A DNA stretch of 26,886 nucleotides, taken from contig CAYUTF010000042.1 in assembly GCA_964447495.1 (NCBI GenBank), forward strand, positions 1 through 26,886, read 5' to 3'. The position numbers and the translations under genes were made by a program. Below the pieces are notes generated by a model. That model did no database searches. It had not been told where the DNA came from and worked only from the letters and a program-made list of their open reading frames with translations. The first letter of the stretch is position 1. Every line of letters begins with the position of its first letter. Of this stretch, positions 1 to 10,555 are shown one piece after another. Origin of the DNA: an uncultured archaeon. GTDB taxonomy: Archaea > Asgardarchaeota > Lokiarchaeia > Sigyniarchaeales > SOKP01.

Positions 1-38
1 TTATGGATATCAATAATTCTTATTTTCATTAAGGGCAT
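1..38 (-). CDS. 5' end of a gene running off the left edge; possible amidohydrolase-superfamily metal-dependent hydrolase (partial)
   Basis: Reverse strand from 38 (or 29) reads MPLMKIRIIDIH(N/K), resembling the N-terminal IDxHxH motif of amidohydrolases. Divergent from the ORF at 117. Only 12 codons are visible. Confidence 0.4.
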   Translation of the reverse strand, partial: MPLMKIRIIDIH

Positions 39-116
39 AAGATTTAAATTATTAGGATGAAAAATTAGAATATAACTAATATTTACAAATTAGTCAGAAA
101 AAGAATATGTGATTTT

Positions 117-851
117 ATGGAAGATAAGATTAATGATTTTTATAAATTCAAACAGCGGCTAATAAGTGATATATTACCGAAGCAAACAGTGTTAATTGTG
201 GTTGATATGCAAAAATATCAAGTGCAAAGGGATTATGCTGTATATAAGGCAATGAATAAGGTTACCCCCGGTATATGTGATTATTTTGTAGAGGAAGTGG
301 AAAATGTAGTTATTCCAAATTTGCGAAAATTGATAGATTTTTGTCATAAAGTTGAAATTCCCGTAATTTACACAAAATACTCTAGTTTTATGCCAGATGG
401 AAGTGATTTAAAAAAAAGTAATAAGTTTTTAAATAGTTTTAGCAAGAATCTTGTAGGAGAAGTCGCATTTCCTTATATAGGTCACCATAGTTCAGAGATA
501 ATTGATAAATTAAAACCTAAAGTTGGGGATTTTGTAATTCAGAAGAACACTAGTGGAACTTTTATGTCTACTAGACTTGAAAATGTGTTAAGAAATATGG
601 CTATTGAGACAGTGTTAATAACGGGAGTAGTAACAAATTTTTGCGTGTACGCAACTGCTCAAGAAGCTGCTGATTATGGTTTTCAGTCTATTATAGTGGA
701 GAACTGTTGTGCGGCTTGGAGTCCCGAGATTCATAAATCTACTTTAAAATCATTTGGATTACTTACTGGATATGTGTTATCGTATGAAAAAGTTATAAAA
801 AAAATATCTAAGAAAGCGGGAAAGGTAAAAGAAGAAATTTTTATCCATTGA
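117..851 (+). CDS. Isochorismatase-family cysteine hydrolase
   Basis: Motifs LIVVDMQ (catalytic Asp), IQKNTSG (Lys), ITGVVTNFCV (nucleophile Cys), TAQEAADYGF and ENCCAA. Confidence 0.9.
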   Translation: MEDKINDFYKFKQRLISDILPKQTVLIVVDMQKYQVQRDYAVYKAMNKVTPGICDYFVEEVENVVIPNLRKLIDFCHKVEIPVIYTKYSSFMPDGSDLKKSNKFLNSFSKNLVGEVAFPYIGHHSSEIIDKLKPKVGDFVIQKNTSGTFMSTRLENVLRNMAIETVLITGVVTNFCVYATAQEAADYGFQSIIVENCCAAWSPEIHKSTLKSFGLLTGYVLSYEKVIKKISKKAGKVKEEIFIH

Positions 852-884
852 GTATTGCTATTGTTCATATTTATTCTGTAAAAT

Positions 885-1787
885 TTATTTAGATAATAAA
901 AATTCCCTAAATGATGCCATAAATTCATTTTCTTTAATTATCGTTCCTAGATGACCAGTATTCTTGTAAATTATATCCGAAACATTAGGGTACTGTTTTT
1001 TTAATCTTTCGTGATATTTAAAATTGGAATCTGTGTTAGAAGTTACTACTAACACTTTTCCTGTCCAATCTTGAAATGAAATCTTATTCAATTTCATACT
1101 ATCTGACGCCAATCTAAATTGACATAAAGCATCTCTTTTAGTTATTTTAGTCTTAAATATCTCAGTAAAAAAACATTTAAAAAATTCAACATATTTAACT
1201 TGTTCTTCTGTTAGATTTACACCAACTTTAGTTAGGTTTAATAATTCTCTTGAAAGAATTTTAAACAAAAGAGAATAGGGAACGATGTGTACGATAAAAA
1301 TCATTATTTTAAAGTACCAAATCCATTCTGGAAGAGGAGGAAATGTAAAACTTAAAATAAGTTTTTCAATTCTGTGGAACGCATGATAAAAATAAGATTG
1401 TGCTATTATCCCACCAAAACTTCCCCCATAAACATAAAGAGTCTCAACTTTTTCTTCTTCAAGAATATTGTCAATCCCGATGAAAAATTGATTCAGATTT
1501 TTGAATCCTTTTATTGAAGGCGCAATAATTTTGTATTCTGACTGAAATTGTAAAATTCGATTATAGGTAGATTCAGCATTGCCCATGGCTCCGTGAAATA
1601 TCAATAGAGTCTTTTTTCCCGAACCAGAAGTGATATATTCTGATGTAATTCCATTCTTTGATAACAGAGTAAATTTATTCTGATTTCTAAATTCAATTAA
1701 TTCCTTCATTAGAGTGTCATCAACATGAACATAAAAATCAATATTGCTTTTTGGTATAGGTATTTCTTTTTTCAAGTTTGACATCAT
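885..1787 (-). CDS. Alpha/beta-fold hydrolase
   Basis: Oxyanion motif LLIFHGAMG, nucleophile elbow YGGSFGG, C-terminal TGH. ATG at 1787 or 1784 is preferred over GTG at 1793. Confidence 0.85.
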   Translation of the reverse strand: MMSNLKKEIPIPKSNIDFYVHVDDTLMKELIEFRNQNKFTLLSKNGITSEYITSGSGKKTLLIFHGAMGNAESTYNRILQFQSEYKIIAPSIKGFKNLNQFFIGIDNILEEEKVETLYVYGGSFGGIIAQSYFYHAFHRIEKLILSFTFPPLPEWIWYFKIMIFIVHIVPYSLLFKILSRELLNLTKVGVNLTEEQVKYVEFFKCFFTEIFKTKITKRDALCQFRLASDSMKLNKISFQDWTGKVLVVTSNTDSNFKYHERLKKQYPNVSDIIYKNTGHLGTIIKENEFMASFREFLLSK

Positions 1788-1922
1788 TTTCACATCTGAT
1801 AATTCAATCCGGGCTCACTATTTGTAAATTATTTTATTATATTTAGTCGTGGCTAATTAGTCATATCTAATTTATAAATTTTTTCGCTAAATCAAAGTGG
1901 ATGAGTGTTTAAGATTTGTTTT

Positions 1923-2126
1923 TTATTCATTGGGCAAATTGTATCCGTGTGGCTCAAGTGAATTAAATTTTTTTATATAATCTTTCTGTTTTCTGTCCAA
2001 TTCTTCCTGGTTTGAGGCAGAGTCTAAAATTTTGAACTTAAAATTTTCTAATCCATACTTTTCGATATCCTTGATTAATTTCTCTGGGAGATCGTTCTTA
2101 ATTTTTTCATATATCTCTTTTTTCAT
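1923..2126 (-). CDS. Small protein resembling the C-terminal half of a GIY-YIG (homing-endonuclease type) domain; likely inactive or a remnant
   Basis: KDIEKYGLENFKFKILD...EELDRKQKDYIKKFNSLEPHGYNL matches the KYGxENFxFEILE...ELxxRExYWIxxYNS...GYN pattern. No GIY/YIG motif, and an in-frame TAA lies just upstream of GTG 2138. Confidence 0.65.
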   Translation of the reverse strand: MKKEIYEKIKNDLPEKLIKDIEKYGLENFKFKILDSASNQEELDRKQKDYIKKFNSLEPHGYNLPNE

Positions 2127-2374
2127 GATTTTTAACACTTTTTACGATGTTGTAATGAATAGTAAATCAAGATTTTTTAAAGAAAAATTAATATCTTTAT
2201 TTTTAGAACTTGGGTTAATTATCATTAAAGGTAAATTCAGAGTCTGATTTCGAAAAAAATTTAATGATCAAGATAAAAGTAGACAAAATCCCACAGGTTT
2301 GTGCGAGATACATCACTATTTAAAGGAACAATATTTATAATCGATGGTTTCATAAAAAATATCGAGAGGGATCA

Positions 2375-2692
2375 ATGAAGATACCTGAAAAATTCTTAGA
2401 TGAAACCATACGTGCCATAGGAGTTATTACCAAATCGGAATATAACTCACTCATATCTGTAAAAAAAATAAGAGAATTGTATAAGATTGACCCATTAGAT
2501 TACTCTAAAATTAATTTTTATTGGAGATCCTTGGAATATCTTGAAGAACATAAAGTTCTAAAAAGGTTTGAATCTAATTTACCGAAAAAATATCAAGTTC
2601 TTAATTTCTTTAAATTTTTTGAGCTGCTTTATGATGTTTATAATAATCAGATAAATATAGATCAGATGAAGGTAGCTAAAATTAATGGTTGA
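2375..2692 (+). CDS. Hypothetical protein, possible winged-helix DNA-binding protein
   Basis: 105-aa ORF with purine-rich GAGAGGGA before the ATG and TTTATAA about 35 nt upstream. The pattern ISVKKIRE...FYWRSLEYLEEHKVLKR...PKKYQV is wHTH-like (inference). Confidence 0.65.
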   Translation: MKIPEKFLDETIRAIGVITKSEYNSLISVKKIRELYKIDPLDYSKINFYWRSLEYLEEHKVLKRFESNLPKKYQVLNFFKFFELLYDVYNNQINIDQMKVAKING

Positions 2693-2737
2693 ATTTTACT
2701 TTTATAATTGATTAAATGATATAAAACTATTTCAATA

Positions 2738-3286
2738 TTATTTCTCTAGATAAATGATTTCGGGTTCTATTTTATCTTTTGAAAATCGTAAATAACCGTA
2801 TGAACTTATAACAGTAAACTTATTATCTATTGGGGTGGTGGTTCCCGGATTGAAAAATAGAATACCCTCATGAAATTCATTTACTGGTCTGTGAGTATGT
2901 CCAAATATGACAATATCATAATCAGACTTTTCCAAATCTAACTTTTTCATTAAGCGACGTATGATCATATTAGGACCTCCCATGCCATGTAATAACAATA
3001 TTTTATGTCCAAAAATGTTCATTTCGATTGTTTCAGGAAGGTTTTTGCATAACTTATCGTCAAAATCCATGTTTCCACGAACTGCAAAAACTTTTTCTTT
3101 CCCAAAAATATTAATCAAGTCATTATAGATGTTAAAAGTAGTAAAATCACCAAGATGAAAGACATAATCTACCTTTCTTTGTTTAAAATCATCATAAATT
3201 AGGTTTGGAACCTTATCTGTTCTATGAGGAACATGAGTGTCTGAGAGTACGCCAATTAGTAATTCATCTTTATTGGTTTTAATCAT
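2738..3286 (-). CDS. Metallophosphoesterase, YfcE/MJ0936/Vps29 family
   Basis: All calcineurin-like motifs are present: SDTH, HLGD, VRGNMD, LLHG, FGHTH, FNPGT. Confidence 0.92.
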   Translation of the reverse strand: MIKTNKDELLIGVLSDTHVPHRTDKVPNLIYDDFKQRKVDYVFHLGDFTTFNIYNDLINIFGKEKVFAVRGNMDFDDKLCKNLPETIEMNIFGHKILLLHGMGGPNMIIRRLMKKLDLEKSDYDIVIFGHTHRPVNEFHEGILFFNPGTTTPIDNKFTVISSYGYLRFSKDKIEPEIIYLEK

Positions 3287-3337
3287 ACTTCTTCACATCT
3301 CTACGCTACTCTTTAGAACTTATAATTAGTACTTTTA

Positions 3338-4264
3338 TTAATTTTCTTCTGATTCTTGCTTCTTCATTCGGAGCTTAATAACTTTAAGTGCAAAATTTAT
3401 GACTTCCTCTATATTATCCCAGCGTCCCTCGTCTAGTTTTCTTTTTATCCAATAAAAGAGATCTTGCTCAATAGGAATGGTAGTATAAATAGGTTGAGTT
3501 AATTGAGCTTCTTTTGAATGAGCTTTATTTTGAAGCCAAGAGATAATATTTGAAATTAGGCTAAAGTTATCAACCGCATTGATCCCATAACTATCATGAA
3601 ATCCTGAAAAGATTGACAAATTACCTAAGACTACAACTTTTCCTAAATTATAATGAATTGCTGCTATGATAGGCTGGCTTTTTACTGGTTCCTCGAGCCA
3701 TTCCTCATCATTAAATATCTTATGCCAAGAAGATTCTTCAGAAGAGAAAGCAATTGGATTTACATCAATATTTTCATTCTCAACCGATTTATCTATTTCT
3801 AATGTGCATCCCCCGGAATGAATTATCTTATTAATATCTCTAGTAATAAAATGCTTGGCAAAATGAGTAATTGTTGGTCTTGAATTTTCTTCAGAAGCAT
3901 TATCGTGTTCAAAAAGCTGATCAGAATTGATTTTTACTCCAAAATGCTGAGTCAATTCATTTAAATTACTCTTATTCTCATAATCACCGCCTTTATCAGC
4001 TACAATTAGTAATGAACCTCCATCATTCACATATTTAACAAGATCTTCTACTTCTTCAGGACTCAGATAAGATTCAGCAATAGGAACTCCAATTATAAAT
4101 ATATTGTATGCGGATAATTTTTCATAATTGAGCCCTGCTTCAATCTTCCCTAATTTCAAATTGGAATTAAATAAAAATTCGATAAAATCATTAAATCCAG
4201 GATCTTCAATTATTAATTTATTTTTATGGGAATAGTCGAACCCAATATTAAATTCGGTACTCAT
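3338..4264 (-). CDS. GIFT (GldG/IFT52, DUF4350-like) domain protein with a C-terminal ribbon-helix-helix domain
   Basis: GIFT-like segments IGFDYSH, KYVNDGGSLLIVADKGG, NLNELTQHFGVKINSD, GKVVVLGNLSIFS and DNFSLISNIISWL. The C-terminus TIPIEQDLFYWIKRKLDEGRWDNIEEVINFALKVI fits the ParD/CopG-type RHH pattern. Confidence 0.75.
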   Translation of the reverse strand: MSTEFNIGFDYSHKNKLIIEDPGFNDFIEFLFNSNLKLGKIEAGLNYEKLSAYNIFIIGVPIAESYLSPEEVEDLVKYVNDGGSLLIVADKGGDYENKSNLNELTQHFGVKINSDQLFEHDNASEENSRPTITHFAKHFITRDINKIIHSGGCTLEIDKSVENENIDVNPIAFSSEESSWHKIFNDEEWLEEPVKSQPIIAAIHYNLGKVVVLGNLSIFSGFHDSYGINAVDNFSLISNIISWLQNKAHSKEAQLTQPIYTTIPIEQDLFYWIKRKLDEGRWDNIEEVINFALKVIKLRMKKQESEEN

Positions 4265-4339
4265 AGATACTTAGGTTATTCTTCACTTTCAATTTATTAT
4301 AATGATATTATTTTATTATTTTAAAAAATTACTTTAATT

Positions 4340-4696
4340 ATGATAAAAAAAAATTATCACGAAGTAGAGAATAAAGGAGCAACATTAAGTGATGGTACTC
4401 CTGTAAAAGATGTAAATGTAAGGTGGTTAATAGATAATAATGATGGAGCGAAAAATTTTGCTATGAGAATGTTTGAAATTAAGCCTTTTAGTAATGTACC
4501 TCTCCATAATCATTGGCAAGATCATGAAATTTTCATTTTAAATGGAAAAGGTAAATTTTATAATGATGAGGGAGAATCATTTAATGTTCAGACTGGAGAT
4601 GTATTGTATATTCCTCCCAATGAGAAACATGGAATAGAAAATAACGATGAAGAAACCCTCAAATTTTTATGTTTAATCCCATATCTTAAAGAGTAA
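4340..4696 (+). CDS. Cupin-domain protein
   Basis: Cupin motif 1 PLHNHWQDHEIFILNGKG and motif 2 GDVLYIPPNEKHG; also GAKNFAMRMFEI. Confidence 0.92.
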   Translation: MIKKNYHEVENKGATLSDGTPVKDVNVRWLIDNNDGAKNFAMRMFEIKPFSNVPLHNHWQDHEIFILNGKGKFYNDEGESFNVQTGDVLYIPPNEKHGIENNDEETLKFLCLIPYLKE

Positions 4697-4718
4697 TTAA
4701 ATACTAAATTAGTAAAAA

Positions 4719-7172
4719 TTAATCTTCATCTTCTTGTGTTATTTGTTGGGTGCATTTTCCAATTGCAACTACGTAATCTCCTTCATATAATTTTATTACG
4801 CGAACCCCTTTAGCTTTTCTGTGTGTTATACGTATTGAATCTACAGGTACTCGAATTACCTGCCCTTGTTCTGTACCAATTAAAATATCCATATGCTTGG
4901 CAAGTTTAATAGCAATGACTTTATCTTTCTTTTTTTGGTCTAAAGTTATATTTTTTACTCCTTTAGCAGCTCTACCTGTCTTTCTATATTCTTTTACTGT
5001 AGTTCTTTGCCCATAACCATTTTCTGTTAAAGTCAAAATAATAGAATCATCACTAACTAATAATGTATCAATAATTTCATCTCCTTCTCTTAGTTCGGCA
5101 CCTTTTACACCCATTGATGTCCTTCCTAATTCTCTTAATTCAGATTCATCAAACCTTACAGCATACCCTAATTTTGTTGCGATAAATATATCTTCTAATT
5201 CATTTTTTAATCTCTTCACGCTAACAAGTTTATCATCTGCTCTAATTCTTTGAGCTCTCACTCCCGTACTTTTAAATTTAGAGAATAATTTAAGAGGCGT
5301 CTTCTTAATTATCCCATTCTTGGTTGTCATTAATAGCATTTCATTTGTATTGAAATTATTGATAGGGATCATTGAGGAGATGTTTTCACCATCTTGTAAT
5401 GCCATAAAATTGATTATTGGTTTTCCTCGAGCTGTTCGGGTTTGTAAGGGAATATCGAAACATTTAATTGAATACACTCGTCCTTTAGAAGTGAAAATTA
5501 GGATTGTGTCATGAGTGGAACATACAAATAAATCGATAATAAAATCTTCCTCACGTATAGTCATACCTTTCTTTCCACGACCACCTCTTCCTTGAGTTTT
5601 ATATTCTTCAACAGAGATTCTTTTTATGTATTGATTATTTGTAAAAATAACCATTGTTGGTTCTTTTTTAATTAAATCTTTCCGTTTTATTTCATGTACT
5701 TCTTCTTCTATGAGCAGAATTTCTGTTCTTCTCTTATCTCCATACTTTTTACTTAATTCACTTAATTCTGATTTAATAATATCTAATCTAATTTTTCTGC
5801 TCTTCAATATTTTATTATATTCTGTGATGTTATTATTCAAGGTTTCTTGTTCTTCCTTCAATTTTTGCTGTTCAAGATTCGTTAATTTTGAAAGAGGCAT
5901 ACTCAAGATAGCTTGTACTTGAAGATCGCTTAATTTATATGCTTTTTTTAAATTATTTTTTGCATCTTGTGTATCTTTCGAGGTTTTAATGATATTTACA
6001 ATATTATCAATATCATTAAGCGCAATTAAAAGACCTTCAACTAAATGTACTCTAGCTTGAGCTTTCTTTAAAAGGAATTCAATCCTCTTTTGAACGATAA
6101 TCAATCTAAAATCGATATACTCTTGGATTAATTCTTTTAGAGAGAGAATTTTAGGTTGTTTTCCATCGTTTATTAAGACAAGATTAGTTATGTTAAAGGT
6201 GGTTGATAACCGTGTTCTTTTATAAAGTATATTTTTTACTATAATTGGTTGTGCATTTTTAGATAAATCCAATACAATTCGCATACCTTTTTGATCAGAT
6301 TCATCACGCAAATCTTTTATGTCTTTTAATACACCATCTTTTATCAGTTTAGCAATTGACTCAATTAATACCGTTTTATTTACTAAATAAGGTATCTCTG
6401 TGATTATTAAGCTTGTAATTTTGCCATTTGTTTCAGTTTCAATTCTTCCGCTAAGATTGACTGTTCCTGTCCCCGTTGAGTAAGCATTGTAAACACCATT
6501 AGTACCTGAAATTATTCCACCTGTTGGAAAATCGGGTCCTTTAATTAACTCCATAAGTTCTTCGATTGATATACTTGGATCATCAATTGTAGCAATGATT
6601 GCAGTACACACTTCAGTTAAATTATGGGGTGCCATGGTTGTTGCCATGCCAACCGCGATACCTTTAGTTCCATTAATTAGAATATTAGGAAGTTTTGCAG
6701 GTAAAAACTTAGGTTCAACTGTAGATTCGTCAAAATTAGGTTGGAACTCGACGGTTTCTTTATCTATATCTTCTATAAGCTCATTTGCTATTTGAGATAA
6801 ACGTGCTTCTGTATATCTGTAGGCTGCGGGGAGATCCCCATCAATAGAACCAAAATTTCCCTGCGGATGTATTAAAGGATATCTTAATGAAAAATCTTGA
6901 GCTAATCTAACGAGAGAATTATATACTGCTGCATCTCCGTGAGGATGGAAATTCCCTAATGTTTCTCCGACAATTTTAGCACATTTTACATGAGCACTAT
7001 TGTAATTCCAGTTATTTGTGAGCATAGCATAGATAATGCGTCTATGTACGGGTTTTAGGCCATCTCTTACGTCCGGTATTGCCCTTCCGACGACTACAGA
7101 CATAGCATAATCGATATAACTACTTTTCATCTCGTCCTTTAATAATATATCTTCAATCTGTTCTGAAATCAA
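4719..7172 (-). CDS. gyrA: DNA gyrase subunit A
   Basis: YAMSVVVGRAIPDVRDGLKPVHRR, HPHGD, AAYRYTEARL (catalytic Tyr), GPDFPTGG, GyrA-box QGRGGRG and C-terminal pinwheel repeats. TTG at 7172 follows an SD-like GAGGT, so it is preferred over 7211. Confidence 0.97.
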   Translation of the reverse strand: MISEQIEDILLKDEMKSSYIDYAMSVVVGRAIPDVRDGLKPVHRRIIYAMLTNNWNYNSAHVKCAKIVGETLGNFHPHGDAAVYNSLVRLAQDFSLRYPLIHPQGNFGSIDGDLPAAYRYTEARLSQIANELIEDIDKETVEFQPNFDESTVEPKFLPAKLPNILINGTKGIAVGMATTMAPHNLTEVCTAIIATIDDPSISIEELMELIKGPDFPTGGIISGTNGVYNAYSTGTGTVNLSGRIETETNGKITSLIITEIPYLVNKTVLIESIAKLIKDGVLKDIKDLRDESDQKGMRIVLDLSKNAQPIIVKNILYKRTRLSTTFNITNLVLINDGKQPKILSLKELIQEYIDFRLIIVQKRIEFLLKKAQARVHLVEGLLIALNDIDNIVNIIKTSKDTQDAKNNLKKAYKLSDLQVQAILSMPLSKLTNLEQQKLKEEQETLNNNITEYNKILKSRKIRLDIIKSELSELSKKYGDKRRTEILLIEEEVHEIKRKDLIKKEPTMVIFTNNQYIKRISVEEYKTQGRGGRGKKGMTIREEDFIIDLFVCSTHDTILIFTSKGRVYSIKCFDIPLQTRTARGKPIINFMALQDGENISSMIPINNFNTNEMLLMTTKNGIIKKTPLKLFSKFKSTGVRAQRIRADDKLVSVKRLKNELEDIFIATKLGYAVRFDESELRELGRTSMGVKGAELREGDEIIDTLLVSDDSIILTLTENGYGQRTTVKEYRKTGRAAKGVKNITLDQKKKDKVIAIKLAKHMDILIGTEQGQVIRVPVDSIRITHRKAKGVRVIKLYEGDYVVAIGKCTQQITQEDED

Positions 7173-7217
7173 ATTTATAACCTCAATTATGGATGGTGAT
7201 AAAAATAACAAAAATTA

Positions 7218-9287
<2,070 letters not shown>

Positions 9288-9621
9288 TTATGTGAATTTA
9301 TCGATAATTTAACATTTTACATATAATATATGTGATTGCGGGAATTTAAATCTATGTACACTTTTTTATCACTCAGAAAGGGAATTATTCTGTTATTTTC
9401 TTCCCAGATCAGGAAAGATTATGGGAAATTAAAGTAATTGAAGGAAGAAAGGAGAATAGTAGAGATTACCTTAGTAAATGCTTCATTTTTTAATTTAAAA
9501 TTTTCCATATAAAAAATGCGATAGATATATTTTGTCGGATTTTCTCAATAGCTTTTTATGATTTAAATAAATTATTTGAAGAAATTAAAAATATTTTTAG
9601 GCATATAAATTAAAAATAAGA

Positions 9622-10491
9622 TTAGAGAGTTTTCCTTATCTCTTCAGCCATTTTTACTATTTCTAACAGTTGTTGATTCACGTCATGAGTACGCACAATA
9701 TGAGCTCCATTAAATACGGCAATAGCAGTTGCGGCAAGTGTTCCATTGAGTCTGTTTTCGGGTTCTGGGAGATTTAAAGTTGTACCTATAAAAGACTTCC
9801 TTGAAATGGCTACTAAAATTGGTTTATTTATAGCTCGTAATTCTTTCAAATTTCCAATAATCTTCAAATCATATATATGAGTTTTCTCTTCTATCCAATG
9901 TCCTATCCCGGGATCAATAATTATATTATTTTCATTATAACCTTTTTCTCTTAGATAAGAAATGGTTTTTTTTAACTCTGATACAATCTCTGGAGCAGTA
10001 CATAAATCTCCGGGGACTTTTTTAGAAGCCATTATTATTACAGGTAAATCGTTATCGATTATGAAACTGCTAAGAGTCGGATCAGTTTTTAAGCAACTCA
10101 CATCATTAATAGTAATGTGTTTATTGTATTTTTTAGCTAACTCAAAAGTTTGGGACGCAATTTCAGTATATTGGGTATCAACAGAGATTAATACATCATT
10201 GGGAATATTGTTACATACAACCTTCATTGCGGGGAGAATACGATCAAGCTCTTCCTCAATTGAAATTTTCTTTGACCATGGTGCAGTTGATCGTGCGCCT
10301 ACATCGAGCATTCTTGCGCCATTCTTAATCATCTGTATGGTAGCTTTCTTCAGTGAAGCTTCATTATCATATACAGACCCTTTATAGAAAGATTCAGGGC
10401 TTAAATTTAATACACCCATAATAATTGGAGGAAAGTCGTCTCCAATTTCAAAGAAATTATGAAGTTTTGAATAAATTGAATTCATACTCAT
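9622..10491 (-). CDS. folP: Dihydropteroate synthase (archaeal type)
   Basis: IMGVLNLSPESFY, DVGARSTAP, SVDT, INDVS, IIDPGIG, SRKSF and VRTHDV. Confidence 0.92.
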   Translation of the reverse strand: MSMNSIYSKLHNFFEIGDDFPPIIMGVLNLSPESFYKGSVYDNEASLKKATIQMIKNGARMLDVGARSTAPWSKKISIEEELDRILPAMKVVCNNIPNDVLISVDTQYTEIASQTFELAKKYNKHITINDVSCLKTDPTLSSFIIDNDLPVIIMASKKVPGDLCTAPEIVSELKKTISYLREKGYNENNIIIDPGIGHWIEEKTHIYDLKIIGNLKELRAINKPILVAISRKSFIGTTLNLPEPENRLNGTLAATAIAVFNGAHIVRTHDVNQQLLEIVKMAEEIRKTL

Positions 10492-10544
10492 CTATATTTG
10501 TAAAAAATGATACTAAATAAGTTTAATTTAAATTTAATAAAGTT

Positions 10545-10555
10545 AAAAAAAAAAA
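10545..10555 (-). terminator. Oligo-T archaeal-type terminator candidate
   Basis: Run of 11 T on the minus strand immediately after the stop codon of 10556..11749. Confidence 0.5.

Noticed and set aside
2738-3286. Calling this gene a true Vps29 ortholog
   Set aside because: It retains the catalytic GD/GNxD ligands and has HGMGGP rather than the Vps29 HGHQ..PWG segment. Orthology needs a phylogeny.
7173-7211. N-terminal extension of GyrA given in the ORF track
   Set aside because: The SD-like GAGGT precedes TTG at 7172, and the extra 13 codons look non-homologous.
9330-9495. Spacer between gyrB and folP with a start-less open frame of about 47 codons and an imperfect hairpin (TTCCCA...TGGGAA)
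   Set aside because: No start codon, no recognisable homology and only a weak stem. It cannot be distinguished from chance or a decayed remnant.
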